Of a DNA stretch of 64,000 nt, positions 51,259 to 64,000 are shown in pieces. The translations under genes were made by a program, and so were the position numbers. How positions within the stretch are numbered: position 1 is the stretch's first letter; each line of letters starts with the position of its first letter. Under the pieces are notes generated by a model. That model saw nothing but the letters and a program-made list of their open reading frames with translations, did no database searches and had not been told where the DNA came from. Source of the DNA: Phoronis australis (lineage: Eukaryota > Animalia > Phoronida); assembly GCA_002633005.1 (NCBI GenBank), contig NMRA01000561.1, positions 202,485 to 266,484 on the forward strand. Reading direction: 5' to 3'.

Positions 51259-51802
51259 ATCGGTTGCGATTTTCTACTAAAATATGAATAATAATAAACA
51301 CAAAACCGAATTTATAAACTAAACTGTGCCTATCACCAGTTACATAAAGCCAAATATTTCGCGCGATATGTCGTCGTGACCCAATTTTAAAAGTTGAGTT
51401 TGTAGTGCCCTCTACCGGTTACTGTTATACAGAATGCAAAAATGTAGCCAATGAGATAAATATTGAAGTATAGCTCATTGAATGTAAGTGTTGATTAAAG
51501 ACTTCTGATAAGACGGTAGAAGTATGTGAATGTTGTATTCTTGGTGAAGATATTTTATGACGTGCATTTTGTACAAATGTGTCTTTGTAATGTCTGTTGT
51601 TACCTCTGGACACCAGAGGTCTCTCTTGCGTAGCCTAAATAACATTGTTTGTTCATGGACACTTACCAGACGGACATCATTTCATATCTTCAGTTTGACA
51701 TAAAGGCATTCCCAGGCACTCTACCCGCGCGCAGTTTCTACACGTCGCTCGTCGTTGAAAGTTCAGTGCCACTAAGCTAAGACTCGGAGTTACTCCTCAG
51801 AA
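51259..51802. promoter_or_regulatory. Putative bidirectional promoter (WDR76 / AKR)
   Basis: Divergent ATGs are 544 bp apart; CGCG-rich patches lie at ~51360 and ~51725. Confidence 0.5.
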
Positions 51803-52882
51803 ATGGCTGCTGTGCAATACAACTTCTTGGGCCGGTCTGGCATAAAAGTTTCCAACATCTGTCTTGGAACCATGACATTTGGTGACAAGAGTACCTATCT
51901 TGTTAGGCAAGCAGACGAAGCTGGTTCATTTGCTATCATGGACCGATATGCCGCTATGGGAGGAAATTTTATTGATACTGCCAATGCCTACGCCATGGGT
52001 CAATCGGAAGAAATTGTTGGTAACTGGTTGAAGAAAAGAGGAAGGCGAGATGATCTAGTTATTGCTACAAAAGTGTTTGTGCCTATGGATCCAAATGATG
52101 TTAACTGCAGAGGTTTGAGTCGCAAGCATATCATGTGGAGCATAGATGAAAGTCTGCGTAGACTGCAGACAGATTATGTTGACCTCTATCAATGTCATAT
52201 GTGGGATCAAGGAACCCCTCTTGAAGAGGTCATTCGTACGTTTGATGATCTTGTACGTATTGGAAAGGTACGCTACCTTGGTGCAAGTAATTTTTGCGGA
52301 TGGCAACTTCAGAAGCTTGTTACTACCTGTAAGATGATGGGGCTGAATCCATTCATAAGCCTGCAAAACCAATACAATCTTTTAAGCCGTGAAGTAGAGT
52401 ATGAAATGATTGATGTTTGCCGTAATGAAGGCCTTGGCTTTATACCATGGAGTCCCCTTAAAGGCGGGTGGTTAAGTGGAAAGTTCAAAAGAGGAATGGA
52501 TAAACCAGCTCCAGAAACGAGAATCGACCACGCAACAGAAAAAGGTGTCAGTGGCAATCAGGCTATGCCGTCATTTGCAGAACTGGCCAATGAGCAAACA
52601 TGGAACGTAATCGATGCCTTGGAGACTGTATCCAAAGAGTGTGGTAAGTCTGTGGCACAAGTGTCCCTCCGTTGGCTTCTGCAAAGAGATACTGTGGATT
52701 CTGTCATCATCGGTGCCCGTACGCTCACTCAACTGGAAGACAACATGGGAGCGGGGAGTGGTTGGCAGTTGTCGGACGATCAGATGAAACTTCTTAATGG
52801 TGCTTCTGACCCTGGAAAGCCATATCCCTATAACATGATCCATAAATTCAATGCTGGGCGCAGGGAAAAACTGGGTCCATAA
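51803..52882 (+). CDS. Aldo-keto reductase (YajO / aryl-alcohol dehydrogenase-like), intronless, 359 aa
   Basis: Uninterrupted ORF with LGRSGIKVSNICLGTMTFG, GNFIDTANAY (catalytic D/Y), IATKV (K), SLRRLQTDYVDLYQCH (H), GKVRYLGASNF, QNQYNLL, PWSPLKGGWLSGK, IIGARTLTQLEDN. Confidence 0.96.
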   Translation: MAAVQYNFLGRSGIKVSNICLGTMTFGDKSTYLVRQADEAGSFAIMDRYAAMGGNFIDTANAYAMGQSEEIVGNWLKKRGRRDDLVIATKVFVPMDPNDVNCRGLSRKHIMWSIDESLRRLQTDYVDLYQCHMWDQGTPLEEVIRTFDDLVRIGKVRYLGASNFCGWQLQKLVTTCKMMGLNPFISLQNQYNLLSREVEYEMIDVCRNEGLGFIPWSPLKGGWLSGKFKRGMDKPAPETRIDHATEKGVSGNQAMPSFAELANEQTWNVIDALETVSKECGKSVAQVSLRWLLQRDTVDSVIIGARTLTQLEDNMGAGSGWQLSDDQMKLLNGASDPGKPYPYNMIHKFNAGRREKLGP

Positions 52883-54904
52883 TTGTTTTAATTTTCATAA
52901 TTAGATTAATTCATCAATGAAATTGTACAAATGGGCTATCACTTGTTTTTCTTTTATAATTAAGTATTTGGCAACATTTATGTAAATAGTCACAAAGGGA
53001 GGTTTTATTGGACATGTGCTCAAGTGGTAAGTGGCATTTCATTTCGATTTTGTTCTGATCTGAAATAATTATAAGGGTCTCGAGTAAGTCTAATTTTCAC
53101 AATTTATGCGTATGATAAAAGACACTGGTGATATTTTTGGCCTGTTTCAGGTTTAGAAATCATCTAATTGTAATAGTTTTTATATAATTTCAAGTTGATC
53201 TTTTTTGCTTCAGACCATAGAGCACACAGTTTGCATTAGATTTAAGGCTGTGTCAGTAGATAACAGCCAATTGTCAGGCACTGATTGAATTTTTGAATCT
53301 TAGAACTGAGGAAGTAGCCATTTTACACCATTGTGCCAACTATCTAGTATGAAGTAAACTGGACATGAATCATGCTTGAACAAAATATTAGATTCTATTG
53401 TTTGGTATATTTTGTGATTTTACTAATTACCTACATGTATTTATGGATATTTTTAATAAATTGCTTGATTTGGGTATTGTCTGTGTTTTTTTCTTAAGTC
53501 AATAATAAAATTCGTTGTCTGGCTCCCACATTCCTGAAAGTGACATTAATCAAGCTTAAATTAGACCATACCCTGTTCTTGCCGTAACCCAATTGATCAC
53601 TGTCATCCAAAAACATTGCACCACCTCACATTCACCAAAAAGTGCCAAAGATTATTAGATTCTTTTCCACAAAATGTACCAAGTCGGTGAGTTGTTTATG
53701 TATGCCAATTTTAAATAGGAAACGGTTAGTACTGAAGATTCTCTGGGTAAGTCTCATGTCAAGCCATTTCACATCGGTGTCACTAGTGCATTAAGAATTT
53801 AATGTGTGCTCCCATTTACTTTGAAATTTCGTTTTTTGTCTAGAAAAGTAACCAACTTAAAAGTATTGTTATGGCTTTTGCGTGAATAATATCTAAAGTA
53901 GTTTAAACTGTGAGAGGTGAGGAAGAATGAGTTGACTAACACACATTTTAAGTAATTTTCGAACGACACACCTCACGCCCTGTGAATGGTGGAGAGAATC
54001 CATAATGATTTCAAAAGTAGTCGTTAGACATCAAATCTAAAAAATCGTAAGCATATACAATGCCCTTGGCATAGCCCCATAAAATATGTACTTCTTGACA
54101 ATTGAAATTGTGTGATTAAACTAAATTGGGTCACAGGGACTCATTCCCTTGTCAGCAGTGAAAAAAAAAAACAATTAATTCTCCAACATTTCGAAAAACT
54201 TCTCAAAACTGATTATGAACAGCCAAGACGGTGTCTATTATTTGTGACATACGACGCCATTTGCAATCGGTAGACCAACGTAAGTCTGTTTCATCTCCGA
54301 TGGTTTGCCGGTCTCAGTTGTTGTTGTTGCAATTCTGTCAGTCGTCTACTTCGCCGAACTCGCAACAACTTCTAAACTATAACCTTAGTTCATAGTTTAA
54401 TCTTTGCGCTCGAAATTGAATTAAGAATTATATTTAGCATTGCTCTACTATGTGCGAACTCAAGGTAATTGGCTACGAGACTGCCAGTGAGCGAGTGCAT
54501 TACGGTCAGTGTTATGGAGATGAGTTTCTATTAGTTCAACTTCGTACTTCGTTACTATATTTGAACTAAAAACTCGAGCAAAAACTCGGAATTTCAAGTT
54601 ATGAGTTGAACTTTTAGTCCTAATGCCTTTGATCAGTAGTAATTACAAATGTTGTGGTTTGCGCTCCAGGTGGTGTTTTGTGTAATCTGACGCATGGGAC
54701 ACCTTAGCACAACACTGATAATCGTGAATCAACCATTTCCCGGTATTTCCATTGATCAAAGAATGTTCAGATTCTCATCATTGTGTCCAATATTGAGTGT
54801 AAGAATTCACTGAATAATACCCTGATTCCCAGACCACAAAAAATGAAACGTACCCACCAATCTTTGGAAGGTGAGTGGCGACGGGGACATAGTCTTTGTA
54901 ATTA

Positions 54905-55545
54905 TTATGGTAATCAAACAGAGGTTATTAGACTGTGAAGAACTGGAATGGCAACTGGAAATAGGTAGTTAAAATAAATATGAATCTTAGACGTGATCTT
55001 GGCGAGCAATACGTGAATTGTTTAAGCGCGTACACGAGAAGAATTGGACAGTTTCGATGTACAGGTCACTCACTTAATGTAGAGATAAGTAGATATATGG
55101 GTATTACTAGAACTGAGAGAATATGAGGCATATGCAATTTGGGTGAAATTGAAGATGAGCCTCATTTCATGTGTCGATACCCTGTTCTCGGAGACCTTAA
55201 AAAATGTTCTACCAGAGCTTATGACTTTTAACTCTACGGTCAATTTGACCCTTAAACAAATTGACGTTTCGCTGAATTTTGACGTACGATGGTAAAATTT
55301 GGGCCGTTAAACGTTATTTCCATGCACCAAAGATCAAACTTTTCTTCCATTTTCAAGAAGGGTCTCTTGTTCGTGTTATTCCAACAGAAAAATCATAATG
55401 GTTTCCCGCAGCGCCTTGCATTGTATATTCCGAAGACTATAAGAAGTGCTCTCTGTGTAATACTCTGAATATTCATTTAAATGTATGTATGTGTAGGCAA
55501 TGCCTACGATGTACAATAAATGATATTGATATTGATATTGATATT
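54905..55545 (+). mobile_element. LINE (RTE-X-like) ORF2 3' remnant; mirror copy at ~62278-62920 (-)
   Basis: KQRLLDC...FRCTGHSLNVEISRYMGITRTERI*GICNLGEIEDEPHFMC, followed downstream by AATAAA and a (GATATT)n tail at 55515-55545. Confidence 0.7.
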
Positions 55546-58313
55546 CACATCAATCACTATGATGTTTCCGTGTTTTATGAGGTTTACAAACTAAATCAAG
55601 ATGAAATCCTATTTTTCAAGATTAGACTATGGAAATGATTCGAGTATGCTCCTTGGGCAATGAATACTTGCTATATATGGCAAATATAGAACAACCACAA
55701 CAAGATGTCACGTGATCCGAACGTTTGACAACATCATAGAAGTCTGTCCGGAAAATGGAATGCCAACTTCATTCACGCGCGGCTGTCTTTGCGTCGCGCA
55801 TGCGTGGGTTGTTTATTTGTCCGTTGCTGTTTAGTTTTTGCTTTTACAAACGAAGTAAGTTTGCAACTGTTATCACCGAAAACGTCTTCTAAAATCGGGC
55901 CATATTTTTAGAATACTTTGTGATCAAATGGCATCAAACATTGGCAAACGGAGAATTACCTGTGCTGCGATCTGGAGATTTTGGAAGCCGTGGATGGACT
56001 ACTACCGATGCCTAGTTAACAGAAATATATTTCTAACATTAGGTCACTGGGAAAGGTGCCACCTTCCTTGCTGTCACTTTTCGCTGTTTTTCATCCGAAT
56101 TGCATAACAGCAGCAACGACTTCCTGATAACAGCCATATCATTGTAAAGCCCTTTACCAGACCTTGGTGGTGGGTAATTAGTCTAAAAGAAAATGATAAA
56201 TTATTTAATTCATACAGTTATTACGTTGCATATCTGACGTATTAAAAATATTTTTAATTATAAAAACAAGAGTGCGAAAAATAAGGTATGAGATAGTGAA
56301 ACCCCTTATTGACTGTTTAATTAACTAATTAGTCAGCTATTAATTTGTAATGACAATTAACTTGTAATAATAACATAAAAAGGAAATGAACTAGAGAGGT
56401 AGATATATAAATGACTAATTAAACCAGGATGTATTTCACATGTAACAAACTTGTTTTGAAGATTTCTAAAACAATTACGCAACTCGAAGTCTTTACAAAA
56501 TACAAATTACGAAACGTGATAGAAAACTTAAGCAAACCATTCACGCCCACAAACATACCTGTGGTAGGGGTCATTTGAAACTTCAAGTAATCTCATAAAG
56601 GAGCCAACTTTCATTGAAATCATGCGTTAGCTCAAATTTTTGTCTTTTTCGATTCTGAAATAGTCGAAGACTTCCATTTTAAAACATTCGAAATTGTAAT
56701 TCGTATTTTAAAGTCGCTGCCAAAAGATACGTACTTTTCCTAAAGGTAAAATTAGATTTACTATATTTTTTATGGTCAAATTTGCTTGAAGTTTGGACTG
56801 AATTATGAAGTTTCGTCGACGCATGTTTTATCGTGAACTATCAGTCCATGATTCACAATGATACAACTGTACGTACTGCCACAGCGTAGCTGAGGGGTCC
56901 TCTCAAGACCGCATCCCGAAAGCGAGGTGTATGGCAGGGCGACACCCCAATTGGTGACGGCAAAACATCGAGGGATGGCGCAAACCGCCACGGTAATGAG
57001 GGAGCGGAGAGATGGCTTGAAGCTGCGTGACATCGCTGGCGACGAGCAGTGCTGTAGTGGTAAAATTAGAGGTAAGTAGGCGCCCAAAGCCCACCGTATC
57101 ACCTTGAGCACTGAACGTGACTTACGGTGTGTAGGCGCTAATTTCGAATGCCAAAAAGTGGTTGGCTGCGCCTACGTGCGCGTACGCCCCACTATACAGC
57201 ACTGTCGACGAGGGGTGGGGGACTGTGGCGCTCGAAATTTCTGGCAAACTGGGGAGAGCAGCTGCGCCACTGAGGTACGTATTTTCGGTGAATCTACATG
57301 AAAACGCAAACCATCACTAGTTAGAGTTAAAAAACAAAAAATCTAAGGGTTTTACGATCGATATACGACAATATAGAGAGGGATTTGTCTGCGAATAAAA
57401 ACGAATGTGTTATGTTTCTAGGCACGTAGGAAGGTACAATAAACGCAAATTACTGGTGGCACATATCATTTGCCCTAGACCCGCCACCGTTATCGCCCCG
57501 TCGCTATTCTCTCCTTGTTGAAACTGTTTTGTCCACCCGGCGGTCACAGTATCCCCCGGTCGCCCCAATAGCCTCCACGTTTCCCCTTGTAGTCCAACTC
57601 CTCCCGTCACCGCTGTTTCCTCAGGCCACTACTATTCCCCCGCCGTCTCTAACTTTGTCTCCGGGCCGCGGGATTTGATAGATGCTCACATCTCTCTTTT
57701 CAGAAGTTCACGACCTCGAGAGAGTCGCTCGCTCTCAATGAGATAAATATAGGTCATCGCTGGCTCACCTGTGTAGGAGCCGTTGTGCGAGCGTGTTATT
57801 TCTCGAGCGGCTGTGGATTGTTAACACGATCGGCAGATGGCGACAATAAATGACCGACGCTGAGCGCTTTTCGCGGGTTGTTTATGGTTGCTGCATAAAT
57901 TGCCGTTGGCGACATGAGCTCGATGCATACTCGCCAAATGTCATTTCAGTTTTTCGTTGCTCAACTCTCCAAACGCGACCTCAGTTTATGACAATACCGT
58001 CCCAGCGTTCTCACACTTGCAAGAAGGTCAACTAACATTCACGCAATTGCTCCAGGGCAACTATCAAAAACGATACAATGAAAAATCTAAATTTGTTTAG
58101 GTTTCTTCTTTTTTTGACGCTAAATCTTATCTCAAAAGATGATATCATTTTTATCAATTTTCGATTTGAAAGAAAGACATTTTCAAGCAATTATAATTTT
58201 AAAAGATTACTGCACTGTACTGAGGCTGCATTTCCTCAAGAGCGTATATTTCCATCTTATTTTCATCTCGTGGGTCTGTGTAGACTAGCCTGAAGTCATC
58301 ATAACCATCCGCN

Positions 58314-58669
58314 CGCAAACTTTCATCAATGCTTTGCATGACTTGTTTCCTACCTAAACTATGGTACTCTTTACACTGCGAGCCCATGGGTAATAGTACT
58401 TTCGTCGCCACCACTAAATCATCTCGCTGTCCCCGTTTTGTGAGCCAGTTACCGATAAACTCCTCTGACTGACCCATAGAGTAAATGTTTGCAGTGTCGA
58501 TAAAATTCCCTCCCAATTCCGTAAACCTATCCAGGATAGCAAATGACGTTTCTTCATCTGACTGCCCTACAAGAATTTTACTTTTTTTCCCAAATGTCGC
58601 AGTTCCGAGACAAATGTTGGACACTTTTAATCCAGATTTGCCTAAAAAATTGTAGTTCACAGAGACCAT
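58314..58669 (-). CDS. Second aldo-keto reductase paralogue, N-terminal ~118 codons, cut by a contig join
   Basis: MVSVNYNFLGKSGLKVSNICLGTATFG...GGNFIDTANIYSMGQSEEFIGNWL...VVATKV...MQSIDESL is collinear with the 51803 AKR and has no lesion before N58313. Confidence 0.88.
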
Positions 58670-59149
58670 TTTGTCACCAACACAATACGCCACTTGTCCT
58701 TTTGATATAACTACCTGTTACGCACACACGGAAACACACGCATATATTTATATAAATATATACTGCACCTCTTTCCTTGAAATTTGATATGACCGCCGAA
58801 CCTGGTAAGAATGTCAGGGAATATCCGCGTGAAGAAATCACCCAAGAAATACGATAAACGGTATTCATAGAATTGGATGGTTAATCCAAGGGAAAAAAGC
58901 ACTTGGGTGAGCATAGCGATATTCATCGTAAGATAACCTGCAGGGACGGTCACTTCAACTGAATTGTATATTACTTACACATAGACCAACTTCACCTGTT
59001 TAATGTTCCTCTATCCTCTACACTTGCAAACTAAGCCTTTAAGAACACACAAAATGTACCCGCTCTTAAATACATGTAGTTGTATGATACTGTCCTCCAC
59101 CTAATTCTATGTTCGGATTTTTTTACTTTTATTTTTATGATCTTACACA

Positions 59150-59450
59150 AAGCACAGAAGGCAGTGCCCTTTAACACTCCATCAATTCATAAGTTTAACA
59201 GACTGGGATGTGTGCCTTTTAGCAAATATTTTTTATATAGACGTTTGTGTATGCTGCATAAATGTTTTTACTATAATGTACCAGCGTATTTATCTCGTAA
59301 CTTATTACTGTTTCGAAACAGCCTCCAAATGAATTCTCTTCCTCAAACCATTTTGTTGTCCTCAGGCAAAGAACTTTGTTATACTCCAAAGTCCTTTTTA
59401 TTCAAGCCATTGAAAGATGAAACAATTTACCAAATAGCCTGAAGGGGGCG
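59150..59450 (+). mobile_element. CR1/L2-group LINE ORF2 C-terminal remnant
   Basis: FNRLGCVPFSKYFLYRRLCMLHKCFYYNVPAYL resembles the recalled LGWL...R....L..YK......P.YL tail motif. Confidence 0.5.
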
Positions 59451-62400
59451 GATGGTTATGATGACTTCAAGCTAGTCTACGCAGACCCACGAGATGAAAA
59501 TAAGATGGAAATATACGCTCTTGAGGAAATGCAGCCTACAGTGTAGTAATCCTTTAAAACTATAATTGCTTGAAAATGCCTTTCTTTCAAATCGAAAATT
59601 GATAAAAATGATATCATCTTTTGATATAAGATTTAGCGTCAAAAAAAAGAAGGAACCTGTACAAATTTAGATTTTTCATTGTATTGTTTTTGATAGTTGC
59701 CCTGGAGCAATTGCGTGAATTTTAGTTGACCTTTTTGCAAGTGTGAGAACGCTGGGACGGTATTGTCCTAAACTGAGGTAGCGTTTGGCGAGTTGAGCAA
59801 CGAAAAACTGAAATGGCATTTGGCGACTATGCATCGAGCTCATGTCGCCAACGGCAATTTTATGCAGCAACCATAAACAACCCGCGAAAAGCGCTCAGTG
59901 CCGGTCATTTATTGTCGCCATTTGCCGAGCGCCGGTCATTTATTGTCGCCATTTGCCGATCGTGTTAATCCACAGGCGCTCGAGAAATAAAACGCTCGCA
60001 CAACGGCTCCTACACAGGTGAGCGAGCGAAGAGCTATATTTATCTCATTGAGAGCGAGCGACTCTCTCGAGGTCGTGAACTTGTGAAAAGTTAAATGTGA
60101 GCATCTATCAAATCCTGCGGCCCGGAGACAAAGTTAGAGACGGCGGGGGAATAGTAGTGGCCGGAGGAAACAGCAGCGAAGGGAGGAGTTGGAAAAAATA
60201 ATTACTACAAGGGGAAACGTGGAGGCTATTGGGACGACCGGAGGATACTGTGACCGCCGGGTGGACAAAACAGTTGCAACAAGGAGAGAATAGCGACGGG
60301 GCGATAACGGTGGCGGGTCTAGGGCAAATGATATGTGCCACCAGTAATTTGCGTTTATTGTACCTTCCTACGTGCCTAGAAACATAACATATTCGTTTTT
60401 ATTCGCAGACAAATCCCTCTCTCTCTCTATTGTCGTATATCGTAAAACCCTTAGATTTTTTGTTTTTTAACTCTAACTAGTGATGGTTTGCGTTTTCATA
60501 TAGATTCACCGAAAATACGTACCTCAGTCAGTGGCGCAGCTGCTCTTCCCCGATTGCCAGAAATTTCGAGCGCCACAGTTCCCCACCCCTCGTCGACAGT
60601 GCTGTAGTGGGGCGTAGGCGCACGTAGGCACAGCCAACTACTTTTTGGCATTCGAAATTAGCGCCTACACACCGTAAGTCACGTTCAGTGCTCAAGGTGA
60701 TACGGTGGGCTTTAGGCGCCTACTTACCTCTAATTTTACCACTACAGCACTGCTCGTCGCCAGCGATGTCACGCAGCGTCAAGCCATCTCTCCCCCCCTC
60801 ATTACGGTTTGCGCCATCCCTCGGTGTTTTGCCGTCACCAATTGGGGTGTCGCCCTGCCATACACCTCGCTTTCGGGATGCGGTCTTGAGAGGACCCCTC
60901 AGCTACGCTGTGGCAGTACGTATAGTTGTATCATTGTGAATCATGGACTGATAGTTCACGATAAAACATGCGTCGACGAAACTTCATAATTCAGTCCAAA
61001 CTTCAAGCAAAATTGACCATAAAAATATAGTAAATCTAATTTTACCTTTAGGAAAAGTACGTATCTTTTGGCAGCGACTTTAAAATACGAATTACAATTT
61101 CTAATGTTTTAAAATGGAAGTCTTTGACTATTTCAGAATCGAAATAGACAAAAATTTGAGGTAACGCATGATTTCAATGAAAGTTGGCTCCTTTATTTTT
61201 AGATTACTTGGAGTTTCAAATGACCCCTACCACAGGTATGTTTGTGGGCGTGAATGGTTTGCTTAAGTTTTCTATCACGTTTCGTAATTTGTATTTTGTA
61301 AAGACTTATAAAAATCGCATTTCGAGTTGCGTAATTGTTTTAGAAATCTTCAAAACAAGTTTGTTACATGTGAAATACATCATGGTTTAATTAGTCATTT
61401 ATATATCTACCTCTCTAGTTCATTTCCTTTTTATGTTATTATTACACTCTAAGTTAATTGTCATTACAAATTAATAGTTGACTAATTAGTTAATTAAACA
61501 GCCAATAAGGGGTTTCACTATCTCATACCTTATTTTTCGCACTCTTGTTTTTTATAATTAAATAATATTTTTAATACGTCAGATATGCAACGTAATAACT
61601 GTATGAATTAAACAATTTATCATTTTCTTTTAGACTAATTACCCACCACCAAGGCCTGGTAAAAGGCTTTACAATGATATGGCTGTTATCAGGAAGTCGT
61701 TGCTGCTGTTATGCAATTCGGATGAAAAACAGCGAAGAGTGACAGCAAGGAAGGTGGCACCTTTCCCAGTGACCTAATGTTAAAAATATATTTCTGTTAA
61801 CTAGGCATCGGTAGTAGTCCATCCACGGCTTCCAAAATCTCCAGATCGCAGCACAGGTAATTCTCCGTTTGCCAATGTTTGATGCCATTTGATCACAAAG
61901 TATTCTAAAAATATGGCTCGATTTTAGAAGACGTTTTCGGTGATAACAGTTGCAAACTTACTTCGTTTGTAAAAGCAAAAACTAAACAGCAACGGACAAA
62001 TAAATGCAAACAACAACCCACGCATGCGCGACGCAAAGACAGCCGCGCGTGAATGAAGTTGGCATTCCATTTTCCGTACAGACTTCTATGATGTTGTCAA
62101 ACGTTCGGATCACGTGACATTTTGTGGCTGTCCTATATTTGCCATATATAGCAAGTATTCATTGCCCAAGGAGCATACTCGAATCATTTCCATAGTCTCC
62201 TCTTGAAAAATAGGATTTCATCTTGATTTAGTTTGTAAACCTCATAAAACAAATGGAAACATCATAGTGATTGATGTGAATATCAATATCAATATCAATA
62301 TCATTTATTGTACATCGTAGGCATTGCCTACACATACATCCATTTAAATGAATATTCAGAGTATTACACAGAGAGCACTTCTTCTCTTAAAACCATAGTC

Positions 62401-63729
62401 TTCGGAATATATAATGCAAGGCGCTGGATACCATTATGATTTTTCTGTTGGAATAACACGAACAAGAGACCCTTCTTGAAAATGGAAGAAAAGTTTGATC
62501 TTCGGTGCATGGAAATAACGTTTAACAGCCCAAATTTTACCATCGTACGTCAAAATTCAGCGAAACGTCAATTTGTTTAAGGGTCAAATTGACCGTAGAG
62601 TTAAAAGTCATAAGCTCTGGTAGAACATTTTTTAAGGTCTCCGAGAACAGGGTATCGACACATGAAATGAGGCTCATCTTCAATTTCACCCAAATTGCAT
62701 ATGCCTCATATTCTCTCAGTTCTAGTATTACCCATATATCTACTTATCTCTACATTAAGTGAGTGACGTGTACATCGAAACTGTGCAATTCTTCTCGTGT
62801 ACGCGCTTAAACAATTCACGTATTGCTCGCCAAGATCACGTCTAAGATTCATATTTATTTTAACTACCTATTTCCAGTTGCATTCCAGTTCTTCACAATC
62901 TAATAACCTCTGTAATACCATAATAATTACAAAGACTATGTCCCCGTCGCCACTCAACTTCCAAAGATTGGTGGGTACGTTTCATTTTTTTGTGGTCTGG
63001 GAATCAGGGTATTATTCAGTGAATCCTTACACTCAATATTGGACACAATGATGAGAATCTGAACATTCTTTGATCAATGGAAATACCGGGAAATGGTTGA
63101 TTCACGATTATCAGTGTTGTGCTAAGGTGTCCCATGCGTCAGATTACACAAAACACCACCTCGAGCGCAAACCACAACATTTGTAATTACTACTGATCAA
63201 AGGCATTAGGACTAAAAGTTCAACTCATAACTTGAAATTACGAGTTTTTGCTCGAGTTTTTAGTTCAAATATAGTAACGAAGTACGAAGTTGAACTAATA
63301 GAAACTCATCTCCATAACACTGACCGTAATGCACTCGCTCACTGGCAATCTCGTAGCCAATTACCTTGAGTTCGCACATAGTAGAGCAATGCTAAATATA
63401 ATTCTTAATTCAATTTAAACTATGACCTAAGGTTATAGTTTAGAAGTTGTTGCGAGTTCGGCGAAGTAGACGACTGACAGAATTGCAACAACAACAACTG
63501 AGACAAACCATCGGAGATGAAACAGACTTATGTTGGTCTACCGATTGCAAATGGCGTCGCATGTCACAAATAATAGACACCGTCTTGGCTGTTCATAATC
63601 AGTTTTGAGAAGAAGTTTTTCGAAATGTTGGAGAATTAATTGTCTTTTTTCACTGCTGACAAGGGAATGAGTCCCTGTGACCCAATTTAGTTTAATCACA
63701 CAATTTCAATTGTCAAGAAGTACATATTT

Positions 63730-64000
63730 CAGTGGCGGATCTACGTTTTCAGTAAGGGGGGTTTAGGATTCCCGCAAAGGACGAATCCGAGGCGCGTGGC
63801 GCCGAGCGGGGGGGGGGCGTGTAAGACAACTTTTTGTTTTTGTAGCCAAACAGTGAAATTTCCATGCATCCTGGTACGTTTCTGGCACTTAACATGTCCC
63901 TGGAGTTTTTCTTAAGATAATTAAAAACCCTTCTCGATTTCGTCACATGAACTTGGCTCATAAGTTTCGTGAAACCATATTTGTGCACATCTGGGTATGA
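63730..64000. mobile_element. Left end of a CAGTGGCGGATC-type non-autonomous DNA element, running off the window
   Basis: Same terminus as the 28095 element. It interrupts the inverted-repeat homology; the other arm lacks it at ~54081. Confidence 0.7.

Larger units (their letters stand above)
54082..63729. repeat. 4.2-kb inverted repeat (54082-58312 / 59448-63729) with a 1.1-kb spacer; the left arm ends at N58313
   Basis: The arms are collinear reverse complements with scattered SNPs and indels. Mirrored ORFs lie at 56803-57111(-) and 60688-60989(+). Confidence 0.95.

Noticed and set aside
52055-52843. Antisense and alternate-frame ORFs over the AKR
   Set aside because: Shadow ORFs of the real coding sequence.
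58199-58312. C-terminal tail of the 164-aa AKR ORF (ADGYDDFRLVY...) as a novel fusion
   Set aside because: It lies across N58313 in another contig; the fusion is an assembly join.
56803-60989. Paired ~100-aa ORFs in the two arms of the giant inverted repeat
   Set aside because: No recognisable domain, and an indel between arms shifts the frame, so coding is not conserved.

Overview
AT-rich, intron-rich animal DNA, probably a marine invertebrate. The organism cannot be fixed from the sequence. I traced splice sites by hand and recovered six genes in three head-to-head pairs: a SAXO/FAM154-like ciliary gene (-, runs off the left edge) with VPS26C/DSCR3 (+); BAG1 (-) with HOATZ (+); and WDR76 (-) with an intronless aldo-keto reductase (+). 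A second AKR paralogue is cut by an N. The introns hold an internally deleted Kolobok-type DNA transposon (TTAA TSD, THAP transposase plus a convergent P2X7-ballast-like Cys-rich ORF), Tc1, Harbinger-type and hAT-type non-autonomous elements, LINE 3' remnants and several foldbacks. The most unusual pattern is a set of minisatellites that sit on splice signals and amplify them: donor junctions in WDR76, and branch-point/acceptor regions in VPS26C. Three single-N joins each border a near-identical duplication, including a 4.2-kb inverted repeat. These most likely reflect uncollapsed haplotypes rather than biology. All family assignments come from my recall of motifs; no database search was run.
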